In this document: positions 27,101 through 40,006 of the stretch, one piece after another
Layout of the letters: each line of letters starts with the position of its first letter
Position numbering within the stretch: position 1 is the first letter of the stretch
Source: Macrostomum lignano
Lineage: Eukaryota
Length of the DNA stretch: 64,000 nt
Assembly: GCA_002269645.1 (NCBI GenBank)
Contig: NIVC01002360.1
Location: 1 to 64,000, forward strand
Direction of reading: 5' to 3'
Made by a program: the position numbers and the translations under genes
The notes under the pieces: model-generated
Seen by the model: only the letters and a program-made list of their open reading frames with translations
Told to the model about the DNA's origin: nothing
Database searches by the model: none

Positions 27101-27714
27101 CGACTCTTATTTTCATTTTAGCTACTCAAAAGGTTTTGTAGTTACTGCAATCATTCTAACGTGACTTGGAAGGCTCTATCTAGGTTATTTTCAATGTTCC
27201 AAAGCCTTAAATTTTAAAGCGAGAGTATTCCTTAGTCTACTGTAGAAAATGTCGGTTTTCACAAAGCCTCTGAATCATAAAATTCCTTGTAATTGTATAA
27301 TAGTACAAAAACGACAAGCTAACTAATAAGGCCGTCCAAAAGTCTGGGCTACGGGAGTCAATTCCCTGCATATCCAATTAGCACCTGTCATAATAAACAA
27401 ATTCCAAACGCGCCAGGCAGTGCACGAGCAGGATCGTAAATGTTTTGATCACTCGACTGAACCAGAAAAAGAGGAACTTCTGAACTCCAATTCTGGCTGG
27501 AATTTTATGCAAATTTATTCTAAAAATAGCGACAGAGTTCGGCACCAAATATAGCCGGTGACCCGGCATTGACTGGCCGCATTCCATTGCTGTGCAATTC
27601 GTTGACAGCAGAAACGATACTCGAATTTTGGCCAATCGCAATTTCACGAAGCATGGCAGTTGACAGTTGACAGATGGAGTGCGTCTCACACTTCTCAATG
27701 ATATGGGGATTCAT

Positions 27715-28262
27715 AATCCACGAACTTCATATTCCCAACCTCCATATCCCCCAACCTCGTATTCCCAAGCTTCATATCCGCCCAAACCCAATCATACCCC
27801 AAACCTTCAAACCCCCAAAATCCATATCCCCCAAATTAATAATATCTCCCAAACTTCATATCCCCAACCTTCCTGTCCCGAATCTTCATATCTCCCAAAC
27901 TTTATATCCTCCAAAATTCATATCCTTCAACCTTCATATCCCCCAAAATTCATATCTCCCAAAATTCATATCCCCCAAAATTCATATCCCCAACCTTCAT
28001 ATCCCCCAAAATTCATATCCCCAACCTTCATATTCCCCAACCTTCGTATCCCCCAAAATTCATATCCCCAACCTTCATATTCCCCAACCTACATATCCCC
28101 CAAAATTCATATCCCCAACCTTCATATCTCCCAAAATTCATATCCCCAACCTTAATATGTCCCAAAATTCATATCCCGAACCTTCATATCCCCCAACCTT
28201 TATATCCCCAACCTTCATATCCCCCAAAATTCATATCCTCAAATTTCATATCCCCAAACCTC
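27715..28262. repeat. Degenerate TTCATATCCCC(C)AA-core minisatellite
   Basis: Direct inspection. Confidence 0.9.
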
Positions 28263-29504
28263 CCAGGAGTTGTTGCATATCATGACTGAATGAAGCGCCA
28301 GTGAAGAGTTGCTGATAATTATGATAGTTGAATTTAAAAAAATCAGATTGCAATTAAACATGCGACATTCAAGGAATTGAGAATCAGCAAAGAGAGAGGC
28401 GTGCAGCAAATCGGGCACTGCGGGCCGTCCCTCTCAGTAAATGGTCAGTGTATTTAATAGCAATAATAATATTATTAATAAGTAATCATCTTCTCCACGG
28501 CAGACAGGAGTCACAACACTGGGAACAGAATTTATATAACGCGACTAATTTGCTAAATAAACCGAAACAAAGGAAAATAAGACTCAATCGTAGGACAACA
28601 AGACAGCAAAACGGGACAGGCCGGTGTACGATGCATTTGGAATGATATCAATAATAATATTTATTCCTTTCTAGTCTACTTTAAGTAGGCAGTAGGCTCG
28701 GCTATTGAATAGAATCAGATGATGCGGCTTGCAGTAAACAGGATATGCTGAGTAATCCAACCGATTGATAAATCTAAAATTAATTTAATACGGCAGTAAC
28801 AACATTTCTGAATATAGCCAAGATTTAAGCACTTTAGAACTTGCTCACAAAGTAACAAATTAGGCTGGCTACACGATAAAAATGAATAATTACGTCACAA
28901 CAGAAGTTGAAGAGATCCGAAAACCAAAAAAAAATTGAATCACAAATCGTAATGATAGCTCAATTAAAGATTAAACTCACTGTCAAGACCAAAAAACAGA
29001 GTAGCAGACAGATAAAAACTCACAAATAATTAAACAATTATTCAATTCATTGGTGACCGAATCATACTACTGAGAACGGCGGGCTTAGCTAAGTAGTATT
29101 ATTTGTTCCTATCGGCCGAAACATTAGCACAGAAAAAATGAAGCTTGTTAAGCTTACGAATAGGGAATATACAGGGCGGCTAAAAAATTATTGGCCAATT
29201 AGCGATAAACTGTCATTGCACACCGCCTCAGGCTGCACCGATGAGAGCCCAGTGGAGCCAGTCCAATATTCATTCACATGCTGGGTAATGAAGCTAAATA
29301 TTGCCAATTCATAACGGTTGATATCAGTAGTATATACCGTGCGTAATTTACATGTAACACATTTTGGGACTTGGGATCTGGGATTGGTGAATGAAGTGAT
29401 TTTCAGGTGCTGAACAGCAATAAATATCATGTAATGGAACTTGGGATTTGGAGAACCGTTTAGCCCCTGATGCGGAATCCACAGGCTCCAGACATGGGAT
29501 TTCA

Positions 29505-29880
29505 GGTTCGGGACTTCGGGACTCGAGGTTTGGGATCTGATCGGGACTCGATTTGGGATCTGATCGGGACTCGATTTGGGATCTGATCGGGACTCGATTT
29601 GGGATCTGATCGAGACTCAGAGATTTGGGATCTGAGCGGGACTCGAGATTTGGGATCTGATCGAGACTCAGAGATTTGGGATCTGAGCGGGACTCGAGAT
29701 TTGGGATCTGATCGAGACTCAGAGATTTGGGATCTGAGCGGGACTCGAGATTTGGGATCTGATCGAGACTCAGAGATTTGGGATCTGAGCGGGACTCGAG
29801 ATTTGGGATCTGATCGGGACTCGAGATTTGATCTGATCGGGACTCAAGATTTGGGATTTGATCGGGACTCTAGATTGGGG
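29505..29880. repeat. 23-26-bp minisatellite (GGGACTCGAGATTTGGGATCTGA) with 51-bp higher-order unit
   Basis: Direct inspection. Confidence 0.9.
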
Positions 29881-30079
29881 ATGATTATGGGTCTGGAGAT
29901 TTGGGATTATTTGGGAACTTAATATTTAGGATCTCATTGAGACACGATATGATTAGGATATTTCTTTGGATGGGATCCCGGGATTTCGGAGATTTTGACA
30001 AGTTAGAATAAAGCTCACGAGGCTAATCAGGATGCGATGATGGATTTGCGGGTTGGGGGGGGGCGAGTGCACCGCCCGC

Positions 30080-32670
30080 TCAATAGAGGCTCTTCATGCC
30101 GGACTCCTCGAAGGCGGACCAGGCGTCGTTGAGCTCCACGAAGACAAGCTTGGAGAAGGCCTCGTGCTGCGTGCCGGCCCACTTGTCCGGGTGGACGGCC
30201 AGACAGGCCTTTCTGTAGACCTTCTTCACCTGGTCCCCGGACACCAGGTCGGCCATAGACACCTGCGTCCAGCGGCAGCCCTCCCACACTACCGTGTGCA
30301 GCGAGCAGAGCAGACCGCGCACGTTTCGCTCCTTGCCAGCTACCCAGGCTTCAACTCTGCGGGGAAGGAAAGTTGGCTAGTCTAGCAATCCATTATACGC
30401 TCTTATTCCTTTATACAAGTTGGCTAGTCTAGCAATCCACTCTACTCCTGCATCCAAGTTGGCTAGTCTAGCAATCCATTATACTGCTGCATCTATGTTG
30501 GCTAGTCTAGCAATCCATTCTACTCCTGCATCCAAGTTGGCTAGTCTAGCAATCCATTATACTGCTGCATCCAAGTTGGCTAGTCTAGCAATCCATTTTA
30601 CTCCTGCATCCAAGTTGGCTAGTCTAGCAATCCACTCTACTCCTGCATCCAAGTTGGCTAGTCTAGCAATCCATTATACTGCTGCATCTATGTTGGCTAG
30701 TCTAGCAATCCATTATACTGCTGCATCTATGTTGGCTAGTCTAGCAATCCATTATACTGCTGCATCTATGTTGGCTAGTCTAGCAATCCATTTTACTCCT
30801 GCATCCAAGTTGGCTAGTCTAGCAATCCATTTTACTCCTGCATCCAAGTTGGCTAGTCTAGCAATCCATTATACTGCTGCATCTATGTTGGCTAGTCTAG
30901 CAATCCATTATACTGCTGCATCTATGTTGGCTAGTCTAGCAATTCATTATACTGCTGCATCCAAGTTGGCTAGTCTAGCAATCCATTATACTGCTGCATC
31001 CAAGTTGGCTAGTCTAGCAATCCACTTTACTACTGCATCCAAGTTGGCTAGTCTAGCAATCCATTATACTGCTGCATCTATGTTGGCTAGTCTAGCAATC
31101 CATTCTACTCCTGCATCCAAGTTGGCTAGTCTAGCAATCCATTTTACTCCTGCATCCAAGTTGGCTAGTCTAGCAATCCATTATACTGCTGCATCCAAGT
31201 TGGCTAGTCTAGCAATCCATTATACTGCTGCATCCAAGTTGGCTAGTCTAGCAATTCATTATACTGCTGCATCCAAGTTGGCTAGTCTAGCAATTCATTA
31301 TACTGCTGCATCCAAGTTGGCTAGTCTAGCAATCCACTCTTATTCCGGATTCAAGTTGGCTAGTCTAGCAATCCATTATACTGCTGCATCTATGTTGGCT
31401 AGTCTAGCAATCCATTATACTGCTGCATCTATGTTGGCTAGTCTAGCAATCCATTATACTGCTGCATCTATGTTGGCTAGTCTAGCAATCCATTATACTG
31501 CTGCATCCAAGTTGGCTAGTCTAGCAATCCATTATACTGCTGCATCCAAGTTGGCTAGTCTAGCAATCCATTATACTGCTGCATCTATGTTGGCTAGTCT
31601 AGCAATCCACTTTACTACTGCATCCAAGTTGGCTAGTCTAGCAATCCGCAGCTGCTCACTTGGCGCGCTCCGGGTCCATAGACTGCGCCCTGGCCTGGTG
31701 CCGCATCTCGTGCAGACTGCGCGGCTCTTTGCGCTGATTTTGCGCGGCGCCGACAAAATTGCCGTGCCCGGCGCCCTTGAGCAGATCGTCGAATAAGCCG
31801 CCACCGCCGCTACCGGCGCCAAAGGAGGACGATGAAGAAGCAGGCTGGGTCTGTTGCGGCTGTGACGGCTGCTGTTGAGAGAAATTTGAACGACTGTAGT
31901 TGGGCTTCGACTGCTGCTGCTGGCCGGCAGACGGCGGGGGAGGTCGCGACGGTTGCGGCTTAGGCGGCTGCTGCTGCGGCTTTTGCTGATGCTGCGGCTT
32001 TTGCTGCTGCTGCGGCTTTTGCTGATGCTGCGGCTTTTGCTGCTGCTGGCCGCCAATGGGAGCAAACGGGTCAAACTCCAGGTTGCCCTCCCCGGTCGAG
32101 GGGCCAAAGTCAAGCAGGTCCGATTTGGCCCCGCTGCCGCCTCCGACTGTGAAATTCGGACCGCCGAAAAAGTCGTCAACAACGTAGGGAGCCTTCGGAG
32201 GCGGCGTTGCGGCGGGAGCTGGAGCCGAGGAGAACAGGTCGCTGAGCAGGTCGGCGTTGGATTGGGTCTGGCGCAGCGAGGCCGACGAGGCCGCTGGGCT
32301 CAGGCCGCCGTTGCTGCCGCCACCGCCGCCGCCAAATCCCAGCAAGTCGGCCACCCCAGCAGAGACGTCGTTAAGCGCCGCGGATTGCTCCAAATCGGCC
32401 TGCCTGTGCGGCTCTTCCGGCGGACAGAAATTGCCAGAACCGCCGCCAGACAGTCTGCGCCGCCTCTCGGCTTCGGCCTCGGCGCGATCCCGCTCGGCTT
32501 CTCGGTGCGCGGCGCGAAGAGCCTCCGCTTCGTAGTCGCGAGGGCCGTCGTCGCGCTGCTGCTGCGGCTCGCTGATTGGCGGTTGCGCCGATGGCGCCGG
32601 CTCCTCCAAGTGCTGCCAGTCCAGGGTGTCGAAGAAGGAAGAGCCGCCTTCGCGCTGCGGCTTCGGTGGT

Positions 32671-32704
<34 letters not shown>

Positions 32705-35700
32705 GTGCAGCCGGCTCGTTGTCGGCCAGCGGCGAGTCCTGCGAGCTAACCGGGCTGGCCAGAGGCGGCGCCTCGCCGTCGCGCATGAAATCGGCGCGCA
32801 GCTTGGCGAGCTCCTCGTCTTCGGACACTAGCAGGCGGGGCTTCAAACCGCGTGCCTGGAAGCCGTCCCAGGGCGGCGGCCCGTCCACTAGCGGCTTGTC
32901 CTGCGGCGACACGACCAAGTCTAGGGAGAGCTTGAAGTCGCTCGAGTACTTGTCGTCCGTGTCGAGGAAGTCCAGCTCGCATCTGGATTTAACAGATCGG
33001 AGGCGATTCTTGTTGTGGGTCAGAGGCGATTCTTGTGGTGGGTCAGAGGCGATTCTTGTTGTGGGTCAGAGGCGATTCTTGTTGTGGGTCAGAGGCGATT
33101 CTTGTTGTGGGTCAGAGGCGATTTTTGTTGTGGGTCAGAGGCGATTCTTGTTGTGGGTCAGAGGCGATTCTTGTGGTGGGTCAGAGGCGATTCTTGTTGT
33201 GGGTCAGAGGCGATTCTTGTTGTGGGTCAGAGGCGATTCTTGTTGTGGGTCAGAGGCGATTTTTGTTGTGGGTCAGAGGCGATTCTTGTGGTGGGTCAGA
33301 GGCGATTCTTGTTGTGGGTCAGAGGCGATTTTTGATGTGGGTCAGAGGCGATTCTTGTTGTGGGTCAGAGGCGATTCTTGTTGTGGGTCAGAGGCGATTC
33401 TTGTGGTGGGTCAGAGGCGATTCTTGTGGTGGGTCAGAGGCGATTCTTATGGTGGGTCAGAGGGGATTCCTGTTTTGGGTCAGAGGGGATTCCTGTTGTG
33501 GGTCAGGGGGATTCCTGTTGTGGGTCAGGGGGGATTCCTGTTGTGGGTCAGAGGCGATTCTTATGGTAGGTCAGAGGCGATTTTTATGGTGGGTCAGAGG
33601 CGATTCATATGGTGGATCAGAGGCGATTTTTATGGTGGGTCAGAGGCGATTCTTATGGTGGGTCGGAGGGGATTCCTGTTGTGGATCAGAGGAGATTCTT
33701 GTGGTGGATCAGAGGGGATTCCTGTTGTGGGTCAGAGGGGATTCCTGTTGTGGGTCAGAGAGATTCCTGTTGTGGGTCAGAGGGGATTCCTGTTGTGGGT
33801 CAGAGGGGATTCCTGTTGTGGGTCAGAGGGGATTCCTGTTGTGGGTCAGATCATAACAACACGACAGACGTCTCACTTAGTAAAGTTGAGTCGGTCAAAG
33901 TCCTCTCGAACGAAGCCAGTGTGAAACTGAACCTGACAGATCTTCATGGAGCTGATCTGCAAAAGTGCATTGCAATTCAATGCACATTTTGTTAAAAGTT
34001 CATTAAAAACAGAAAATATGAGAAGAAAACAAAAATTCTGACTAAAAATATGAAGTACGAAGCACGCAACCTGTTATCTGCCTGACCGCAGTTGAACTAA
34101 CGCAATCTCCATTAAAAGCAACAATGAAACGCATGAAGGAAAAAAAACGAAACTCTTAAAGTTTAAAGACCACAAACCGGAGATTTGCTGAAATTCTATA
34201 TACTAAAATATAAGCTACACTAACTGAATAGCATTACCTTTTTTATCCAATTTCGAGACTGAAAAAAGCGGTGGAAACAACTGCCCAATGGAAAGTGCTA
34301 TGCACCGAAGGAAGCATTAAGTATGAGCATGGCGAATAAGAAAGTACGAGCTAGATTTGAAAGACTGAGTTCTTGTTTAAAAGTTGGAATTGCTGTTAAA
34401 TTAGAGATCTAGGAGGCTGGCTCAGCAACTGAGGATCTGGGAGGCTGGCCCAGCAACTGAGGATCTGGGAGGCTGGCTCAGCAACTGAGGATCTAGGAGG
34501 CTGGCTCAGCAACTGAGGATCTGGGAGGCTGGCTCAGCAACTGAGGATCTGGGAGGCTGGCTCAGCAACTGAGGATCTGGGAGGCTGGCTCAGCAACTGA
34601 GGATCTGGGAGGCTGGCTTAGCAACTGAGGATCTGGGAGGCTGGCTTAGCAACTGAGGATCTGGGAGGCTGGCTCAGCAACTGAGGATCTGGGAGGCTGG
34701 CTCAGCAACTGAGGATCTGGGAGGCTGGCTCAGCAACTGAGGATCTGGGAGGCTGGCTCAGCAACTGAGGATCTGGGAGGCTGGCTTAGCAACTGAGGAT
34801 CTGGGAGGCTGGCTTAGCAACTGAGGATCTGGGAGGCTGGCTCAGCAACTGAGGATCTGGGAGGCTGGCTCAGCAACTGAGGATCTGGGAGGCTGGCTCA
34901 GCAACTGAGGATCTGGGAGGCTGGCCCAGCAACTGAGGATCTGGGAGGCTGGCTTAGCAACTGAGGATCTGGGAGGCTGGCCCAGCAACTGAGGATCTGG
35001 GAGGGCGGCAGTGGCCCAGCAACTGAGGATCTGGGAGGGCGGCAGTGGCCCAGCAACTGAGGATCTGGGAGGGCGGCAGTGGCCCAGCTCAAGACTTACC
35101 CTGCCCTGCATCTTGCCGCCCAGCGTGGAGCGCGCGTGGAACACGGAGATGGTGACATCGCCGCACACGGATATGTTGAGGCCGAGCCGGACCTGGCCAT
35201 CCTCAACAAGCGCTGGCCGCATGGCCTCGTAGGACTCCGGACAGGTGCTCAGCACCCGCTCGCCGTTGGCCCAAACCTCGGCGTAGGGGGTGCAGCCGCG
35301 GCGCTGACGGTTGAACATGGGCACCGGGGTGAGCGTGAGCGTCACCAGCATCACCGGGCGACGGTGGGGCAGCCGCGGCGGGTCGGCAGCCATCGCCGCC
35401 GTGTAGTCGGCGTAGCGACGCTGCGAGGGCGAAATGTTTGGCGGGCAGCGTCGGGCGGCGAACAGCTCGAGGCCATGGCGCGGCGAAGGGAAAAGGCGGA
35501 GGAAGCAGCAGGTGGCGGCGGACACCAGGGCGCTGCTGGCCTTGCCGTCCAGGCAGTGGAGAACGCAGATCGTGTGGGGACCCTGGGGATGGGGCGGTGA
35601 TGGGCAATGGGCTGCGCTGGATTGCAGTGCTGCAGAAATATGAATGGAGAAACGGATTCAAGCACTGAGGCAGACTCAAGCACTGGGGCAGACTCAAGCA

Positions 35701-38700
35701 CTGGGGCAGACTCAAGCACTGAGGCAGATTCAAGCACTGAGGCAGACTCAAGCACTGGGGCAGACTCAAGCACTGGGGCAGACTCAAGCACTGGGGCAGA
35801 CTCAAGCACTGAGGCAGACTCAGGCACTGGGGCAGACTCAGGCACTGGGGCAGACTCAAGCACTGAGGCAGACTCAGGCACTGGGGCAGACTCAGGCACT
35901 GAGGCAGACTCAAGCACTGGGGCAGACTCAAGCACTGGGGCAGACTCAAGCACTGGGGCAGACTCAAGCACTGAGGCAGACTCAAGCACTGGGGCAGACT
36001 CAAGCACTGGGGCAGACTCAAGCACTGGGGCAGACTCAAGCACTGGGGCAGACTCAAGCACTGGGGCAGACTCAAGCACTGGGGCAGACTCAAGCACTGG
36101 GGCAGACTCAAGCACTGGGGCAGACTCAAGCACTGGGGCAGACTCAAGCACTGGGGCAGACTCAGGCATCCGTGATTTACCTGCCGCAGCCAGAGCTGCA
36201 TGTTGCGCAGGATGGCAAACAGGGAAGCCAGCGGAGGCGCAGTGCCGGCCTCCCAGCCGACCTCGGAGACGCGGCCTTCAAATCGGGATTGCGGATATCG
36301 CCTGGTGCTCAAATTGTAAACAGCGTAGGCTCTGGGATGCCTGAAGTCCAGGAAGGCGCGCACGTCCTCGTAGTGATTGCGGTAGGCGGACTCGAGGCCC
36401 TCGGCCGGGTAGGACATGACGGCCAGCCGGCTGGTGAGGTAGTGCAGGTCCAGGCCTTCACGGCTCATGGCGGCCACGGTCTCTGTGACTCGGCTGCCTA
36501 CATCACGGATGCGGCCCATGAAGGAGGACAGAACCGAACCGCCTGGGCCGGCAGCGGCAGCACCGGCGCCTGCGGCATCGCTGGCCGACGCGTGGCCTGC
36601 GGGGACAGGTTGGGTGATGATTTACTGGGAGCCTGGGGATTTAGGTTAGGGTGAGGATTTAGGTTAGGGTGAGGATTTATTGGGAGCCTGAGGATTTAGG
36701 TTAGGGTGAGGATTTATTGGGAGCCTGAGGATTTAGGTTAGGGTGAGGATTTATTGGGAGCCTGAGGATTTAGGTTAGGGTGAGGATTTAGGTTAGGGTG
36801 AGGATTTAGGTTAGGGTGAGGATTTAGGTTAGGGTGAGGATTTAGGTTAGGGTGAGGATTTAGGTTAGGGTGAGGATTTAGGTTAGGGTGAGGATTTAGG
36901 TTAGGGTGAGGATTTAGGTTAGGGTGAGGATTTACTGGGAGCCTGAGGATTTAGGTTAGGGTGAGGATTTACTGGGAGCCTGAGGATTTAGGTTAGGGTG
37001 AGGATTTACTGGGAGCCTGAGGATTTAGGTTAGGGTGAGGATTTACTGGGAGCCTGAGGATTTGGGTTAGGGTGAGGATTTAGGTTAGGGTGAGGATTTA
37101 CTGGGAGCCTGAGGATTTGGGTTAGGGTGAGGATTTAGGTTAGGGTGAGGATTTACTGGGAGCCTGAGGATTTAGGTTAGGGTGAGGATTTACTGGGAGC
37201 CTGAGGATTTGGGTTAGGGTGAGGATTTAGGTTAGGGTGAGGATTTACTGGGAGCCTGAGGATTTGGGTTAGGGTGAGGATTTAGGTTAGGGTGAGGATT
37301 TACTGGGAGCCTGAGGATTTAGGTTAGGGTTAGGATTTAGGTTAGGGTGAGGATTTATTGGGAGCCTGGGATTTAGGTTAGGATGATTTACTGGGAGCCT
37401 GAGGATTTAGGTTAGGGGTAGAGTATGACTATGGCTCAGAGTATGAAAAGATGGTGAAGAGTCTGAGGTTAGGAAGCTTACAGAGGATCTGGGCTGATGC
37501 TGTACGATCTAGGTGACTTAGCTCAGCATCAGGATATGGAATATGAGCCAAAGATTCCGATGCAGGGCAAGTTAGGCAAGTGATTACCTGCTTGGCCAGG
37601 CGGGGCGGCAGGCCGCGGTGGAGGTGGCGGTCGCGCCGGTGGCTGCTGCTGCTGCTGCTGCTGTGGCGGCGGCGGCGGCTGCTGGGCAACCCTGGGCGCG
37701 GGGTTCCCAGGCAGCAGGCCCTGCACAGGCCCTTTGGGATCGATGCCAGGCGACACCAGCGTCTCCAGGTGGCTCAGCAGCTGGGACAGATCCGGTCGCT
37801 GCAGAGGATTGACCACCAGCAGGTCACGGATGACAGGCTGCAGGTGCGCATAGGTGGTGTCGTCCTGCGGCATCCGGTAGGCTGCGTTCAGAATAGCCAG
37901 CCTGGCGCCGTCTTCGAACGGGTGCTGCTGGTAGCAGAGGACGTACAGCAGGCAGCCGAGCGCCCACTTGTCCATGCCGGCGTCCAGTGGCAGGTTCTGG
38001 TACAGGTCCAAGGCCTCCGGGGCCCTGTACTGCGGAGTGGTGTTCTCCGTCACCTCGTCCTGCACCGTGGCCCGCTGCCCAGCCGACCAGGATGTGTCCG
38101 GGTAGTGCAGCTTGGTGGTGCAGCTGCCAAAGTCGCACAGCTTGATGGTGTGCTGAGCTGACACGAGCAGGTTCTGCAGCTTCAGGTCTCTGCCAGTGCG
38201 GGACGGGGTGGTGGCTGTGAACTGCCTGATACAGGTCTTCGCAGCTGATGAGGCCCCGCCACTCGACCACCCTTCAGTGCCCTGCCACTCCCCCACCCTT
38301 CAGTGCCTCGCCACTCGACCACCCTTCAGTGCCCTGCCACTCCCCCACCCTTCAGTGCCCTGCCACTCCCCACTTCAGTGCCCTGCCACCGAACTGCCCT
38401 TCAGTGCCCTGCCACTCATCCACAAACCATTCAGTGCCCTGTCATCCACCCCAGTGCTCACCTGTGCACCACAGGCGGACTCCTGGTGTGCAGGTATTCC
38501 ACAGCAGCGCACGCCTGATAGAATATCAGGGTGACCTGGTCGGGAAACAGGGGCTTCATGGGCCACCTGGCCTCCAGAATCTTGACCAGATCACCAGGGC
38601 AGAATTCTGTCACCACCAGGTACTCCGTCATGCCCTCCTTCTCTGAGGTGGCAGCAGCTACAAAGTCCACAATGTTTGGATGGCCAGACAGGCGTTTCAG

Positions 38701-40006
38701 CAGGGCGATCTCCTGCAGAATGGCCTTGCACTTGGACTTCTCATTGGCCAGAAGGCGCTGTGGAAAAAAATAAAAGAGTTTAAACAGGTGCGCTCAGGTG
38801 AACAAAGATGGAGTTAGTGAGCTCACCTTGATTGCATAATCTCGACCTGTTTTTGTGTCAGTGGCTTCAAAGACAAATGCAAATCCACCTGGATAATTGG
38901 AATATTTAAAATTGCCAAGGGTTAAAGTTTATATTTAGTATAAATAAAGATAAACAAAGATAAACAAAGATCATATAAGAATTAGACACTGTGGATAAAC
39001 AAAAAACTAACTTTCTTCAGATACCCAGAAGATGCCTATTATCTAGTTAGTGTACTAATTGAAAGTAATTTAAGTTCAATGATAAAACTATTTATGCATT
39101 TCTTAAAATCAAAATACAAATTGGCTTACAAAATATGTATCATTTTATTTATATATAACATAATAGACCTAATAGTAGCAATATTTCAAAAGAAAACATA
39201 GAAAAAATATCTGAAAATTTTTTTACTAAAAAAACATGTCAATTTTTTAATAAATATTATGAGGAATAATATTGTATTATAAAAATTAGTGTTAAAACAT
39301 CATCATATTAACTAAAAAATAAAGAGTTCTATAATAATAATGAATCATTCTTTTAAAGCTTTTAGTTTTTGAAAGCTTTGAATCTTTTAAAAACAAATAT
39401 TACTACTTTTTGCTAATGATATTTAAATATAACAAGGATTTTAATGTTTTCTATTCTTATAGTAAAAAAATGAGAATACTATTTATAAACAAAAAAATTG
39501 GCATTGTTGGTTATAAATACAACCTTTATATCATTTTGAGTTCTTGCAATTTGATTGGCTAAAGGTTTTGATCTACCTTAGAATGCCTTAGAATGCCTAG
39601 GCTAAGTGGAAGTCAATCATTTGTCAAATTATATTAGTTATTTTTGAACTATAAATGTAAGAGTTTTATTATATTATAAGCATACACAAGCTTTATAAGC
39701 TTTTGACTTATTAAACTTAATTGCTTTTTTATTACTTAGTCTATTTTGCAATATAGCATAATATACAATAGCATGTTTTAGTATATTGGGCTTTAAGCAA
39801 CCAACATATCTGTGTATTATAATTGGTAATATATTTATGGTTATATATAATATTAATGAGAAAAAATATTTACCTTTAGCAATGAATCTTTTGATTCGAA
39901 ATGATTGCTGACCAACTTCAATACACTGGTTCACAAACTCATCACATCTGTCAGCACCTCCAGTAGTATTAAAATATCGCATTGCAGAATTTAATAAAGA
40001 AGCCAT
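30080..40006 (-). CDS. GAK: Cyclin-G-associated kinase / auxilin (kinase + PTEN-like + C2 + low-complexity + J-domain), 9 exons, ~1223 aa
   Basis: Exons 40006-39874, 38888-38827, 38757-38462, 38189-37588, 36596-36181, 35582-35100, 33956-33877, 32982-31660, 30356-30080. Phases are consistent and total 3672 nt with no stop. Motifs GGFAFVFEA, HRDLKLQN, KLCDFGS, TTPQYRAPE, HCLDGK, QFHTGF, VHPDK. Confidence 0.96.
30367..31646. repeat. 39-bp minisatellite filling GAK intron 8
   Basis: TTGGCTAGTCTAGCAATCCATTATACTGCTGCATCCAAG. The array covers almost the whole intron 30357-31659. Confidence 0.97.
32995..33850. repeat. 23-bp minisatellite filling GAK intron 7
   Basis: GTGGGTCAGAGGCGATTCTTGTT, grading to ...GGGGATTCCTGTT. 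Confidence 0.97.
34405..35087. repeat. 28-bp minisatellite, GAK intron 6
   Basis: GAGGATCTGGGAGGCTGGCTCAGCAACT. Confidence 0.97.
35657..36167. repeat. 18-bp minisatellite, GAK intron 5
   Basis: GCACTGGGGCAGACTCAA. Confidence 0.97.
36622..37415. repeat. TTAGGG-containing 18/19-bp minisatellite, GAK intron 4
   Basis: GAGGATTTAGGTTAGGGT alternating with GAGGATTTACTGGGAGCCT. Confidence 0.95.
38250..38445. repeat. Degenerate ~29-bp repeat (CCCTTCAGTGCCCTGCCACTC-core), GAK intron 3
   Basis: Direct inspection. Confidence 0.85.

Noticed and set aside
30420-31796. 458-aa + strand ORF (LASLAIHYTAASK)n as a gene
   Set aside because: Arises from a 39-bp (3n) minisatellite inside GAK intron 8; no independent gene signals.
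32626-36654. Repeat-rich ORFs (32626-33924, 33035-33856, 35351-36169, 35607-36344, 35644-36654) and the LPQCLS repeat in ORF 35203-36519
   Set aside because: Read-through of GAK intronic minisatellites. Canonical splice sites remove them and restore the PTEN/C2 domains.
36622-37415. A true telomere or chromosome-fusion scar
   Set aside because: TTAGGG occurs singly within an 18-bp unit, not as (TTAGGG)n, and lies inside an intact gene's intron.
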